Notes: generated by a model from the sequence alone, not told the origin. A DNA stretch of 64,000 bases from Terrimicrobiaceae bacterium (GCA_041752695.1 JBGSVZ010000066.1:1-64000), one strand, 5' to 3'. Numbered from the stretch's first letter, positions 9,152-18,584 are shown. A program made the numbers and translations.

Positions 9152-10690
9152 ATGGTCCTGTCTCTGGTTTTTCGTCGTATTCTTTTTGTCTTTCCCTTGG
9201 TCTCGGCCCTTTTTCCGGGACCGCCTGTAGTCGCTGCAGATGCAAACAAACCTCCCGATCCCAACATTATCGTGATCCTGGCGGATGATGTGGGGTGGGG
9301 GGACGCAGGGTGTTATGGGGCCACCAAGGTCAAGACACCGAACATCGATCGCCTGGCGGCCGGGGGACAGCGGTTTGAAAATGCCCACGCCTCTGCTGCG
9401 GTCTGCACGCCCACACGATATTCTTTGATTACCGGCCAGTATTCCTGGCGGCGTGACGCAGTAGGCGTCAACCGCGGAGTGGCCAATGGAAATTCCTCTT
9501 TGCTCATTCCCACCACCATGGCAACCGCGCCGGGACTCTTGAAGCAGGCGGGCTACCGCACTGGCGTCATCGGCAAGTGGCATCTCGGATTCGGGGAAAC
9601 CAAGCCCGACTACAACGGGGAACTCCGTCCCGGCCCGCTGGAGATTGGTTTCGATGAGTTTTTCGGCATCCCGGCCACCAACGATCGCCTCCCCACGGTG
9701 TTCGTTCGCGACCATCGCGTCGTCGGACTCGACCCCTCTGACCCGATCGAAGTTTCTTACGACAAAGATGAATCCGAACGTCAGGGGTTGTCTTCCTGGG
9801 CCGCAGGACGCCAACGCATCGGCTGGGGTAAGGGAGGCAAATCGGCTTGGTGGAAGGATGTGGACATCGCGGAAACCCACACCGGCGAGGCGATCAAGTT
9901 CCTAGAACGAAACAAAAACAACCGGTTCTTCCTGCTTTTCACCCCCCACGACGTGCATGCCCCCAAGATCCCCCAGACCCGCTTCGCCGGCACCAGCGGT
10001 CTCGGAGACCGCGTGGATATGCTTCTTGGCTTGGACGATGCCATTGGGCAAATCTTGCAAACCCTGGATCGGCTCGGTCTGACCAAAGACACCCTCATCA
10101 TTTATAGCAGCGACAACGGAGCTTACGTAAACGACGAGCAGGGCCACCGGCCCACCGGCCCCTTTCGCGGCATCAAATCCCAATCGTGGGAAGGCGGCCA
10201 CCGGGTACCCTTCATCGCCCGCTGGCCGGGCCACATCCCGCCATCCGTTTCGACCGACCTTGTTTCCACCCTGGATATCCCCGCCACCATCTGCTCCGCG
10301 GCGGGGATCTCCCTGCCCGTTGACGCCTTGCCCGACAGTCACGACCTCCTGCCCGCCATGCTCGGCGAAAAAGACGCTCCCAAGCGCGACAACCTCATCA
10401 TCCAGTGTGGGGCCGGACATCTCTCGGTCCGCAGCGGAGTTTGGAAATACATTCCGGACCTTGCCGTCGCCGAAGGCTGGAAATCCGCCAAAAAGGACCC
10501 GAAAGCGCCCGCCCGTCCAGGCCTCTTCGATCTCTTCAAAGACCCTGGCGAAACCACCAATCTGATTGCAGAATATCCCGCCGAAGCTCAACACCTCGCT
10601 GGGCTGCTCGAGAAAGCCAAATCCGGCCCCGTCACCCGGGTCCCGGAGCTCCCCACGCCAACGCAGGACCCGAACCCGCCGACGATGTAG
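9152..10690 (+). CDS. Arylsulfatase (S1, formylglycine-dependent)
   Basis: PNIIVILADD, CTPTR (CxPxR), GKWHLG, SDNG, EGGHRVP. Confidence 0.95.
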   Translation: MVLSLVFRRILFVFPLVSALFPGPPVVAADANKPPDPNIIVILADDVGWGDAGCYGATKVKTPNIDRLAAGGQRFENAHASAAVCTPTRYSLITGQYSWRRDAVGVNRGVANGNSSLLIPTTMATAPGLLKQAGYRTGVIGKWHLGFGETKPDYNGELRPGPLEIGFDEFFGIPATNDRLPTVFVRDHRVVGLDPSDPIEVSYDKDESERQGLSSWAAGRQRIGWGKGGKSAWWKDVDIAETHTGEAIKFLERNKNNRFFLLFTPHDVHAPKIPQTRFAGTSGLGDRVDMLLGLDDAIGQILQTLDRLGLTKDTLIIYSSDNGAYVNDEQGHRPTGPFRGIKSQSWEGGHRVPFIARWPGHIPPSVSTDLVSTLDIPATICSAAGISLPVDALPDSHDLLPAMLGEKDAPKRDNLIIQCGAGHLSVRSGVWKYIPDLAVAEGWKSAKKDPKAPARPGLFDLFKDPGETTNLIAEYPAEAQHLAGLLEKAKSGPVTRVPELPTPTQDPNPPTM

Positions 10691-10852
10691 GGGTTTTCGA
10701 GGTTGTCCCTGCGATATTTTCGAGTCGCGAATCACCCCGGTGGCGTAAAGCGGGTTGGAACGTTTTGCTTTCGCCATGACTTTGCACCATGCCCATTTCG
10801 GACTCCTCGTCGCCGGGTGGCATGTTCCACCAACCTTCCACCGTCTTCTGAG

Positions 10853-12130
10853 ATGAGGGAGAAGCTTATTCCTTGGCAGTTGGCCGGCTGGACGGCGACC
10901 CGGGGGGACGCGCTCAGCCAACTCGAGGCCTTCCTGCCCATCGCCGGGCGTTACGCACGGGACCGAAATTTTGTCGTTCCCGGCCACCCGCATGTCTCGC
11001 GGCTCTCTCCGGCGGTCCGGTATCGGCTGATTCTGGAAGCGGAATGCGTGGAAGCAGCCCTTTCCCGGTTCTCCGCGTCCACCGTGGAGAAGTTTGTCCA
11101 GGAGGTCTATTGGCGACGCTATTGGAAAAACTGGCTCTCCTTGCGTCCCCAAGTCTGGACCAAATACGTCGAGCAGCTTGCGGTACTCCGGACCGACCCT
11201 GACGCCGCCGCGACCCGGGCGCGTGCGGCTTGCTGTGAAGCCGGGCAAGGTGCTGTCTCGATCATGAACCACTTCGCCCGCGAATTGGTCGAGACGGGCT
11301 ATCTCCACAACCACGCCCGGATGTGGTTCGCGGGGTGGTGGATTCATATTGAGCGGCTGCCTTGGCAACTCGGGGCCGATTTTTTTCTCCGTCATCTCCT
11401 CGACGGAGATCCGGCTTCCAACACGCTTTCGTGGCGTTGGGTCGCCGGGCTGCAAACTCCGGGGAAAACCTACCTCCCCCGCCGCAGCAATTTGGAGAAG
11501 TATTTGCCTGCCGAGGTTCTCGAAGGGCACCAACAGGGGTTGGAACAGCTCGAAGCGCCTCAGGGTCTGATTCTTCCCTCCGAGGCTCGACCGGCCATCA
11601 CCCGTCCGTCGCTGCCTCCCCCGCCGCTGGTGAGAGAGGGCCGGATCGGCCTCTGGATGCATGAGGAAGACCTTTTCCTCGAGCAAAGCCCACTCGCTTC
11701 GCTTCGTCCCCGTTCCATCCTGGCGACCGGGGATATTACGACCTGGAACCACCTCCGCTACCCGGAGCGGAAAGTGGCCTGGCTCCAGACCGCCCTGGCC
11801 GACGCGGCAGATCGCGCAAGCTCCGCGTTCAACGTCGAGGCGCAGGTTGAGACCGTTTCACCGTTCCTGGAGACGCTGCTTCACTGGGCTAGCGAGCACC
11901 GCCTCGATCAGGTCGTCGCGATGCGGCCTGAAATTGGACCGCTGCACGACCAGATTCCTGCCACCCAGGTCGCTCTCCGGAAAGCCGGCATCGACCTTCT
12001 CCTCTACGACCGCACGGAGGACCTTGCCCTTCGTCCGCTGGCTACCGATGGATTCTTTGGCTTTTGGGAGAAGATGGAGAAAATGCTTGTGCTTGTTGCC
12101 TGCAACAATCAACCGGAAGTTAGAAGCTGA
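10853..12130 (+). CDS. DNA photolyase-family protein with N-terminal FAD-binding domain (inverted domain order, NewPHL-like)
   Basis: SRLSP, KFVQEVYWRRYW, ETGYLHNHARMW, LLDGDPASNTLSWRWVAG in the N-terminal half; C-terminal alpha/beta region ending GFFGFW. Confidence 0.85.
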   Translation: MREKLIPWQLAGWTATRGDALSQLEAFLPIAGRYARDRNFVVPGHPHVSRLSPAVRYRLILEAECVEAALSRFSASTVEKFVQEVYWRRYWKNWLSLRPQVWTKYVEQLAVLRTDPDAAATRARAACCEAGQGAVSIMNHFARELVETGYLHNHARMWFAGWWIHIERLPWQLGADFFLRHLLDGDPASNTLSWRWVAGLQTPGKTYLPRRSNLEKYLPAEVLEGHQQGLEQLEAPQGLILPSEARPAITRPSLPPPPLVREGRIGLWMHEEDLFLEQSPLASLRPRSILATGDITTWNHLRYPERKVAWLQTALADAADRASSAFNVEAQVETVSPFLETLLHWASEHRLDQVVAMRPEIGPLHDQIPATQVALRKAGIDLLLYDRTEDLALRPLATDGFFGFWEKMEKMLVLVACNNQPEVRS

Positions 12131-12182
12131 AAGGGCCGGATTCGTCGGCTCCCGGACTGGTTCTCCAGCAAAATTGGTTTTG

Positions 12183-12908
12183 TCACGGCGCAGGGGGCAC
12201 TACCATCGTTTCGGCAATCGGGAAGCGAAGCATTTCCGCATGGCCGTCCAAAAAGACCGCCGGGGTAGTGTCCTTTTTTCCGTAGAGGTAAAAGATCGCT
12301 GGCCTCTGGACGACTGGATTCAAGAGGGAAGCGTCGGCCACCTTGGCCTTGCTCAATTCGAAACTGCCGCTGACCGCGAAGATAGTCCCTGCCGCTTTTT
12401 CGAATTCGGCCATGCGCCGGGGATTCAGGACAGTGGACCAACTAGAACCGTACTGATAGTAACGACCATTCGCCCGGTTAAAGATGGAATTTATTGCCCA
12501 AGTGAACGGGAAGTAGGCTGTATATTTAGAACTGCTCTTTGGCACAAGTGGGTCAATAAATGGTTCCAAACCCTCACCAATTTTATTCAAAGCATCCGCA
12601 CTCATGCCGGATACGTTTTCTCCGCTCAAGTAGAGATTTAGATTCCGCATCAGGAACGTATCATCGTTCCAGTTGTCGTATCTTCCCCAACCGAGGATCT
12701 GGCCGTCGTTGTCCGTCGAGTACTGGGCATTTGCAGTACCGATTTGCCGGAAGTTGCTGAGGCTTTTGGCGGTGGCAGAACTTCGTTTTGCGCCATTCAA
12801 TGCGGGAATGGCGAGTCCCGCCAAGACGCCGACAATGGCAATGGTGACGAGGAGTTCCAATAGAGTAAACGCTGTTGCCTTAGCCCTGGGTCGGAATGGG
12901 GAATTCAT
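12183..12908 (-). CDS. Prepilin-type N-terminal cleavage/methylation domain protein
   Basis: AFTLLELLVTIAIVGVLAGL N-terminus; C-terminal VFLDGHAE motif. Confidence 0.9.
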   Translation of the reverse strand: MNSPFRPRAKATAFTLLELLVTIAIVGVLAGLAIPALNGAKRSSATAKSLSNFRQIGTANAQYSTDNDGQILGWGRYDNWNDDTFLMRNLNLYLSGENVSGMSADALNKIGEGLEPFIDPLVPKSSSKYTAYFPFTWAINSIFNRANGRYYQYGSSWSTVLNPRRMAEFEKAAGTIFAVSGSFELSKAKVADASLLNPVVQRPAIFYLYGKKDTTPAVFLDGHAEMLRFPIAETMVVPPAP

Positions 12909-15000
12909 GGTTCTTAGGGTGGAAGTTTAGGGTGGGGGTGGATGTTGAAAATTCAGGCTCGACCGTTCTGCAGCTTCGGAGAAGAGTTTCGTACGGTTGC
13001 AGTGCTGTTTTGCCGGTTACCTCGCAGCCGTCGGAGAGCCGTCGGAACGTGTTCTCCCCGAGATTGATGATAGCCTCGCTCTTTGTGTAATTGAATAGAA
13101 ATTCCACAGGCCCATCAGACCCCAGACGCAATTTTCTAATGATTCCCCTTGGCAGTTCCGTGGCAGGAAGCCCGGCTTTGGCAAACAAGGTTCGATAGAA
13201 TGCGATGAGGCTCTCTTCATCCAAGTGCGCACCGAGATAGTAGGTGGAGCCCAATTCGCGTTGGTTCCGCAGGATGACGGGTGAACCAGCGTAAAAGTCC
13301 GAGTCGAGCAACGCCATCGTCTGGGCCCCTTCAGCATGCAGGCGCTCAACGATATCGGTGGCCCCCATTTTATCACCGAATCCCTCCACGCAGCCGCGGA
13401 TGCGGACAGTCTCATCATCAAAGAGATAGTCGATCTCCTCGTTCCAAAGCCCGAACACTTCGCGCAAGTTGGGTCCTGGGAATCCCCCGCACCAGCAGCG
13501 GTTGTGCGTGTCCACGTAGCCGGTCAGATACGTTGCCACCCAACAGCCCCCCTCCTCGACATAAGAAGTGAGTCGCCGGGCGGTCGCCGTTTCCAGCATA
13601 TACAAGGCAGGGGTGATGACCGCGCGATAGCCCGAGAAGTCCGCATCGACCGCGACGATGTCGACGTCGATGCCGGCAGACCGCAGGGCGCGGAAATGCT
13701 CCACACAGGTTGTCGTGTAGAGATCACCGCCGTTTTCCTGTTTCGGGCCTGCCGATGAAGCCAGAGCCCAGCGACTTTCCCAGTCGTAGACCATGGCCAC
13801 GGGCGCTCTGTCGGGACGAACCCCCACGAGGGCGGCCAGGCTTTGCAACGTCCGCCCCACCTCCGAGCACTCCTGGAAGACCCGCGAATGCGAGCTGCCT
13901 TCGTGGTCCACCACCGCGCCGTGGAATTTCTCGAAACCGCCGCGCCCTTTGCGCCATTGGAAATAATGAATGACGTCCGCCCCGTTCGCGACGGCTTGCA
14001 GCATTTCCTGCAGATGAACGCCGGGTCGCTTGAGTTTGTTGACCTTGCCCCAGTTCACCGAACTCGGCGAACTCTCCATCAGAATCCAGGGATCACCCTG
14101 CGCCATTCCGCGCATCAGGCTGTGCGTAAAATCGGCGCCGAGGGATTTCCTCCAACTGTCCTCCCGGTCGTCATGGAGCGGGTAATGGTCGTTCGAGATG
14201 CAGTCAAGGGTTTTGGCCCACTGCCAATAATTCGACGTGGGGTGCGTCCCCATGAAGTTGGTTGTGCAGGGCACTCCGGGTGTGATTTCCCGCAAGGGGG
14301 CCATTTCGTTTTCCAGAAACGAGCAATGCTGGTCGTTGACGAACCGTAGCCAGTCCAGCGCTAGACCGTCCAAGCTCGGCGCCGCTGTCGGAATCTGGCT
14401 CCACGCGGTGAAGGTGTGGTTCCAAAACCCGGTCCACCATGCGCGATTCAGGTCATCCAGAGTGGGGTATCGTTGCTGCAGCCATTCCTGGAAAGCCGCC
14501 CGGCAGAGGTCGCAATGGCACTCGCCGTTGAGTTCGTTTCCCACATGCCAGAGGGCAAGGGCGGCGTGTCCTTTATAACGGAGAGCCAGTTGGCGATTGA
14601 TGGCTCGCACGGCACTCCGATAGACGGGGGAGGTCGGGCAATGATTGTGACGGCCGCCGGATGGCTCGCGCCGACCATCGAGGCCCACTCTTCGGACTTC
14701 GGGAGACTTTTCGGACAGCCACATCGGCTTGCTCGCACTGGGCGTGGCCAGAAACACTCGCAGACCGGCTTCGAGAAAGCGGTCCATCACCTCATCCAGC
14801 CAGGCAAAAGTGTACACGCCGGGTTCCGGCTCCAGCGCCGTCCAGGAAAAAATCCCAATCGAGGCCGAGGTGACCGCCGCCTTTTTCATGAGCTCAATGT
14901 CCTCGAGCAGGACGTTTTCCTGACCAAGCCACTGGTCGGGATTGTAGTCGGCCCCATAAAGCACGACCTCGCTCGCCGGCAATCTCGTTGCTTTTCTCAT
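12880..15000 (-). CDS. Beta-galactosidase, GH42
   Basis: YGADYNPDQW, WHVGNE (acid/base), LMESSP (nucleophile), YFQWR..EKFHG. Confidence 0.93.
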   Translation of the reverse strand: MRKATRLPASEVVLYGADYNPDQWLGQENVLLEDIELMKKAAVTSASIGIFSWTALEPEPGVYTFAWLDEVMDRFLEAGLRVFLATPSASKPMWLSEKSPEVRRVGLDGRREPSGGRHNHCPTSPVYRSAVRAINRQLALRYKGHAALALWHVGNELNGECHCDLCRAAFQEWLQQRYPTLDDLNRAWWTGFWNHTFTAWSQIPTAAPSLDGLALDWLRFVNDQHCSFLENEMAPLREITPGVPCTTNFMGTHPTSNYWQWAKTLDCISNDHYPLHDDREDSWRKSLGADFTHSLMRGMAQGDPWILMESSPSSVNWGKVNKLKRPGVHLQEMLQAVANGADVIHYFQWRKGRGGFEKFHGAVVDHEGSSHSRVFQECSEVGRTLQSLAALVGVRPDRAPVAMVYDWESRWALASSAGPKQENGGDLYTTTCVEHFRALRSAGIDVDIVAVDADFSGYRAVITPALYMLETATARRLTSYVEEGGCWVATYLTGYVDTHNRCWCGGFPGPNLREVFGLWNEEIDYLFDDETVRIRGCVEGFGDKMGATDIVERLHAEGAQTMALLDSDFYAGSPVILRNQRELGSTYYLGAHLDEESLIAFYRTLFAKAGLPATELPRGIIRKLRLGSDGPVEFLFNYTKSEAIINLGENTFRRLSDGCEVTGKTALQPYETLLRSCRTVEPEFSTSTPTLNFHPKNHEFPIPTQG

Positions 15001-15116
15001 GGTTCGGAAATCATTTTCTCAGCGAGCATTTACCCTACGCCGAAAAGGACGGCGGCATCCTCTTCACCGCAGGTTCAAAGGGGGGTGGTTGTTGGAGGGG
15101 AGGAACACTTTCCTGC

Positions 15117-15144
15117 AGGATGTCTGAAAACTGTCTGAAGTCAA
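15117..15144 (-). promoter_or_regulatory. Promoter for the GH42 operon with tandem operator repeats
   Basis: Minus strand TTGACT-N16-CATCCT; TGTCTGAA direct repeats at 15121-15128 and 15132-15139 (11-bp period) overlap the spacer. Confidence 0.5.
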
Positions 15145-15220
15145 GGAGAGATTTTAGTCCGGGTGATTCACACTTGTTTTGTGAAGCGACAAAAGGCATC
15201 TTTCGCAGGAGTTTAGCCGC

Positions 15221-16318
15221 ATGTCCGCGATTTTGAATATTGAACGACCACAGAAAATTCCCGCCGATGCCAATCGGAGGGATGCTGCGGTTGATCAGAT
15301 CAAGCACTTCATCCGCTCCAATCGTTTACAGCCCGGAGAGCGTTTGCCGACCGTCCGTAAGCTGTCTGAACATTTTGGCGTGACGCGCGACTCGGTTTGG
15401 CGGGCGTTGCGGCAGATGCAGGAGGAGGGCTGGCTCGAGGTTTTGCCCAACAAGCGCTACACCACTGCTAAAAATCTCTACACAAAAATCCTCCGTTCCA
15501 TTCGGGTGCGGGCCATCTTTTCGGGTGAGGGATACATCTATTTTTCCGGCTTCCGCCGGCTGGCGGACGCCCTCACGCGGCTTTGTCATTATCACAATCT
15601 CGAACTGAAAATTGATTTGCTTCCCTTGAAAGCAAAGCCGCCCAGGAAGGTCTGGAAGGACTGCGATGTCTTGCTGGTGGACAGTGACAGCAGCGGTTCG
15701 CTCCTGGAGGCATTTGACAAGTTTCCGGTGCCGGTGATTGGTCTGGACGCCGACTACAGCGAGCGCTACCGGGCGAACATTGTCACCGACCATCATCTGG
15801 GTGGCCGGATGGTCGCAGAGGCCGTGCTTAAGCACCACACCCGCAAGGCCTCGGTGGTTTACCATTCCGGTTCGGACCACAAAGCTCGCATCGTCGCGCG
15901 GCTGGATGGTTTTCGGCATGCCTGGCTGGAGTCGGGGCGGTCGGAGAATTCCTTGTCGTTTGTGCCGATTGCCTGGAGTCGTAGCTCGTTCGAAGTCGCG
16001 CTTCATGTGCAGGCTTTCCTCGAAAAGCACCCCGCGCACGGCACTTATTTCGTGGCCGACGGTCGGCTGGCCAGCAGCTTTCTGGAGGTTCTGGCGTATC
16101 AGGGGGTGCAAGTGCCCAAGGAAGCCGCCCTGATCGGATATGACGGTGCCCAGCGGGGAGAGCTTACCGACCCGCCCATGACGACCATTCAGCAGGACAT
16201 GGACAGCATTGCCGAGTCGGCGGTCAGTTGGATTCAGAAAGTTGCCAGCGGCGATCAGACCGGGGTAGGGGTGCTGGAGCGCATCGCCCCGCTTTTGATC
16301 ACCCGGGGATCCTTTTAG
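15221..16318 (+). CDS. GntR-HTH / LacI-type sugar-binding transcriptional regulator
   Basis: N-terminal LQPGERLPTVRKLSEHFGV winged HTH; C-terminal VPKEAALIGYDG...PPMTTI. Confidence 0.9.
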   Translation: MSAILNIERPQKIPADANRRDAAVDQIKHFIRSNRLQPGERLPTVRKLSEHFGVTRDSVWRALRQMQEEGWLEVLPNKRYTTAKNLYTKILRSIRVRAIFSGEGYIYFSGFRRLADALTRLCHYHNLELKIDLLPLKAKPPRKVWKDCDVLLVDSDSSGSLLEAFDKFPVPVIGLDADYSERYRANIVTDHHLGGRMVAEAVLKHHTRKASVVYHSGSDHKARIVARLDGFRHAWLESGRSENSLSFVPIAWSRSSFEVALHVQAFLEKHPAHGTYFVADGRLASSFLEVLAYQGVQVPKEAALIGYDGAQRGELTDPPMTTIQQDMDSIAESAVSWIQKVASGDQTGVGVLERIAPLLITRGSF

Positions 16319-16467
16319 GGAACGTGGCTATCGGCAGGACGGGCCTTTTCCGTTGCAGAACTGGCATCTTTTCCGGGCTTGGTTTTTCCGCCCCATTCCT
16401 CAGGCCGCATTCCTTCCAGAATCCTGGGCATAAGTTGGGCCACCCAAGTTTGGAAGGCGGAGAGCAT
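16315..16467 (-). CDS. Possible 50-aa small protein
   Basis: ATG at 16467 gives MLSAFQTWVAQLMPRILEGMRPEEWGG...; amphipathic N-terminus; no homology recognised. Confidence 0.25.
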   Translation of the reverse strand: MLSAFQTWVAQLMPRILEGMRPEEWGGKTKPGKDASSATEKARPADSHVP

Positions 16468-16589
16468 GCGGTTGACGCGGTCGGTTTCGGACGCCGCCTT
16501 CGTAAAGGGAGGATTTCCCGCCGCGCAGCGGGGTTGGAACCCGCGGAGGATCGGCGTACTGGGGGGCAAAAAAATTAATTCCGAGACCA

Positions 16590-16740
16590 AACAAAAATCA
16601 AACAGAAAGCGGAGCGGTTGGCCCGCGACCCGGTTAACTGGAACGCCCAGTCTGCGAATCCGCGAGTGACCTTACGGTCAACAGTCGACGACTTGATCAA
16701 CCGCCAGCTTCCAAGTCGCCTCGCCGGGCACCAGTTTAGA
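16590..16740 (-). ncRNA. Candidate structured non-coding RNA (three-way junction plus possible pseudoknot), family not recognised
   Basis: Nested helices that give G-U pairs only on the minus strand, a GUAA tetraloop, 8-bp loop-to-tail complementarity and a U-rich 3' tail. Confidence 0.5.
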
Positions 16741-17056
16741 GGGAATTTGTCGGATTGTTTTCGCTCAAGAGAAGGGTTGGGTTCCGCAAAGATTCCGTGG
16801 TCTTCGGGTTGCAACTTTGCGGTCTGACCGACCCCGGAGTGGCTGGGTTAAATTTGCGCGTCGAGGGTTTTTTGCCGACTGAATCGACCCTGGAGTTGCG
16901 GCGATGAGGACACTGGGGAGTGACAAAACCAGGAGAAGAGCGGGGGTTTGAAGAGCATTTGGTTTAGCGGAAATTGAAGGCGACGTCCTGTTTTTCACTG
17001 GAGAGTCTGCCTCTCGTCCTCAGGGGACGGCATCGATGCCACCCTGATCATGGCAC

Positions 17057-17085
17057 AAAAAAAGGCGCTCCGAGGAGCGCCTTTT
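17057..17085 (-). terminator. Intrinsic terminator (possibly bidirectional)
   Basis: AAAAAAAGGCGCTC-CGAG-GAGCGCCTTTT, directly downstream of the minus-strand stop at 17103. Confidence 0.8.
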
Positions 17086-17102
17086 CGAAGAGATCAACTT
17101 CG

Positions 17103-17522
17103 TTACCAAGGGTTGCGCTGAGAATCGCGCACGTAGCTGTAACGGGTTTCGAAGCCAAGCTCCGGTGGAAATTCGGTGTACCCCGAGTTAATCCAGGGAA
17201 TATCGCTGCGGTAGGGGGGGCGGTAGGAACCGCGGACGGTCGGGCAAGGAAAGGTGACCACGTCGTAGATGCCGTAACCGAGGCGGGCGAATGAGCGGCC
17301 GATGCCGCGAACGAGGCCGTAGCTGAAGGCGGCGGAGTTGCCTTCGTCGAAATTCACCATGGCCATGGAGTCGAGCACCTCGACATACCCGAAGGCGATG
17401 TTGCCAATGCCGCGACCGAGTTTACGGGTCGGACCAAAGTCCGAGGCGGGGGGCTGTTGGATGTCGGCATATGCTGAAGTTGCGATGGCAACGACAACAA
17501 GGAGGTACGCGGCAGCTTTCAT
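17103..17522 (-). CDS. Exosortase system-associated protein (TIGR04073-like)
   Basis: Signal peptide then PTRKLGRGIGNI...RLGYGIYDVVTFP; ATG 17522. Confidence 0.7.
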   Translation of the reverse strand: MKAAAYLLVVVAIATSAYADIQQPPASDFGPTRKLGRGIGNIAFGYVEVLDSMAMVNFDEGNSAAFSYGLVRGIGRSFARLGYGIYDVVTFPCPTVRGSYRPPYRSDIPWINSGYTEFPPELGFETRYSYVRDSQRNPW

Positions 17523-17589
17523 GTTTGTGAATAAACTCCGAAAATCCCGTGCAAAGCAAGCAGAAACGCGGGGAAGCTTCCGGAGTTTT

Positions 17590-18522
17590 TCAGGCCATGA
17601 GGGCGGAGACATGCGCCCGGGTGGCGGGCCCGAGGCCGGCGAGATTGTATCCTCCCTCGAGGACGGAGACGAGGCGGCCCTGACAATACCGGGCGGCAGC
17701 GTCACCCATCAGCCGTGTAAGGGTGCCGAAATCCGCGTCCTCCAGCCGGAATTGGCCGAGAGGGTCGCCAGCGCGCGAGTCAAAGCCGGCGGAAATGAGG
17801 AGCAGCTGCGGGCGGAATTTCTCCAGGGCGGGCAGGAACGTTTCCCAGAAGGCTCCGACAATCTCGGATTGGCCCGACCCTGAGGGCAGGGGGCGGTTCA
17901 GGATCAATCCCTTTCCCCGACCGTCACCGGTTTCTTCGGCGGCGCCGGTGCCAGGATACCAGGGCGATTGGTGGGTGGAGAAAAACAGCACCGTCCCGTC
18001 CCGATAGAAAATCTCCTGAGTGCCGTTACCGTGATGCACATCCCAATCCACGATGGCGACGCGTTCGAGTCCGCGATGTTTTTGGGCATGGCGGGCGGCG
18101 ATGGCGATATTGTTAAACAGGCAAAACCCCATGGCGGCGGCGGGTCTCGCATGATGGCCCGGGGGCCGCACGGCGCAGAAAGCATTATCCGCGCGGCCGT
18201 CCAGCACAGCATCGACAACGTCGATCACGCCTCCCACGGCGTGCAGGGCGACTTCGCCGGATTCGGCGGAGACACTGACGTCGCCGCCCGAGAGCTCGGT
18301 CTCGCCCTCTTTGATCAGACGGAGAACGTTCTCCACGTAGGCCGGTTCGTGGCAAAGCGTGACTTCGTCGAACCGGGCCCGGCGGGATGGCAAAATGAGC
18401 GGCGCGTTGAGGGGTTCGAGCGCGGCACGCACCGCGGCCAGTCGTTCCGGCCTCTCAGGATGACCGGGCGCCGTGGCATGGTGGGTGAGCAAATCGTCGA
18501 GAAGCAGGGCCGTTTTTGCCAT
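17590..18522 (-). CDS. Histone deacetylase family protein
   Basis: HPERPER, RPPGHHA, GFCLFNN, DWDVHHGNGT, SAGFD, EGGY. Confidence 0.95.
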   Translation of the reverse strand: MAKTALLLDDLLTHHATAPGHPERPERLAAVRAALEPLNAPLILPSRRARFDEVTLCHEPAYVENVLRLIKEGETELSGGDVSVSAESGEVALHAVGGVIDVVDAVLDGRADNAFCAVRPPGHHARPAAAMGFCLFNNIAIAARHAQKHRGLERVAIVDWDVHHGNGTQEIFYRDGTVLFFSTHQSPWYPGTGAAEETGDGRGKGLILNRPLPSGSGQSEIVGAFWETFLPALEKFRPQLLLISAGFDSRAGDPLGQFRLEDADFGTLTRLMGDAAARYCQGRLVSVLEGGYNLAGLGPATRAHVSALMA

Positions 18523-18584
18523 GGAAGAATGATCGCACGGAAATAGAGTTGCCAGAAGGACGCAACGTGATTTTCTGCGTGACT

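Noticed and set aside
16600..16740. Retron msr-msd, cobalamin or NiCo riboswitch, or 6S/SRP/tmRNA identity for the structured RNA
   Set aside because: There is no reverse transcriptase in the window and I could not match the diagnostic conserved sequences; left as an unknown family.
16770..16840. ykkC-type (guanidine/ppGpp/PRPP) riboswitch, suggested by GGGTTCCGC
   Set aside because: The other conserved elements are missing and there is no downstream plus-strand gene.
16765..16998. 77-aa minus-strand ORF with a short hydrophobic stretch
   Set aside because: Weak GTG start, no recognisable promoter or homology, and it overlaps a structured hairpin.
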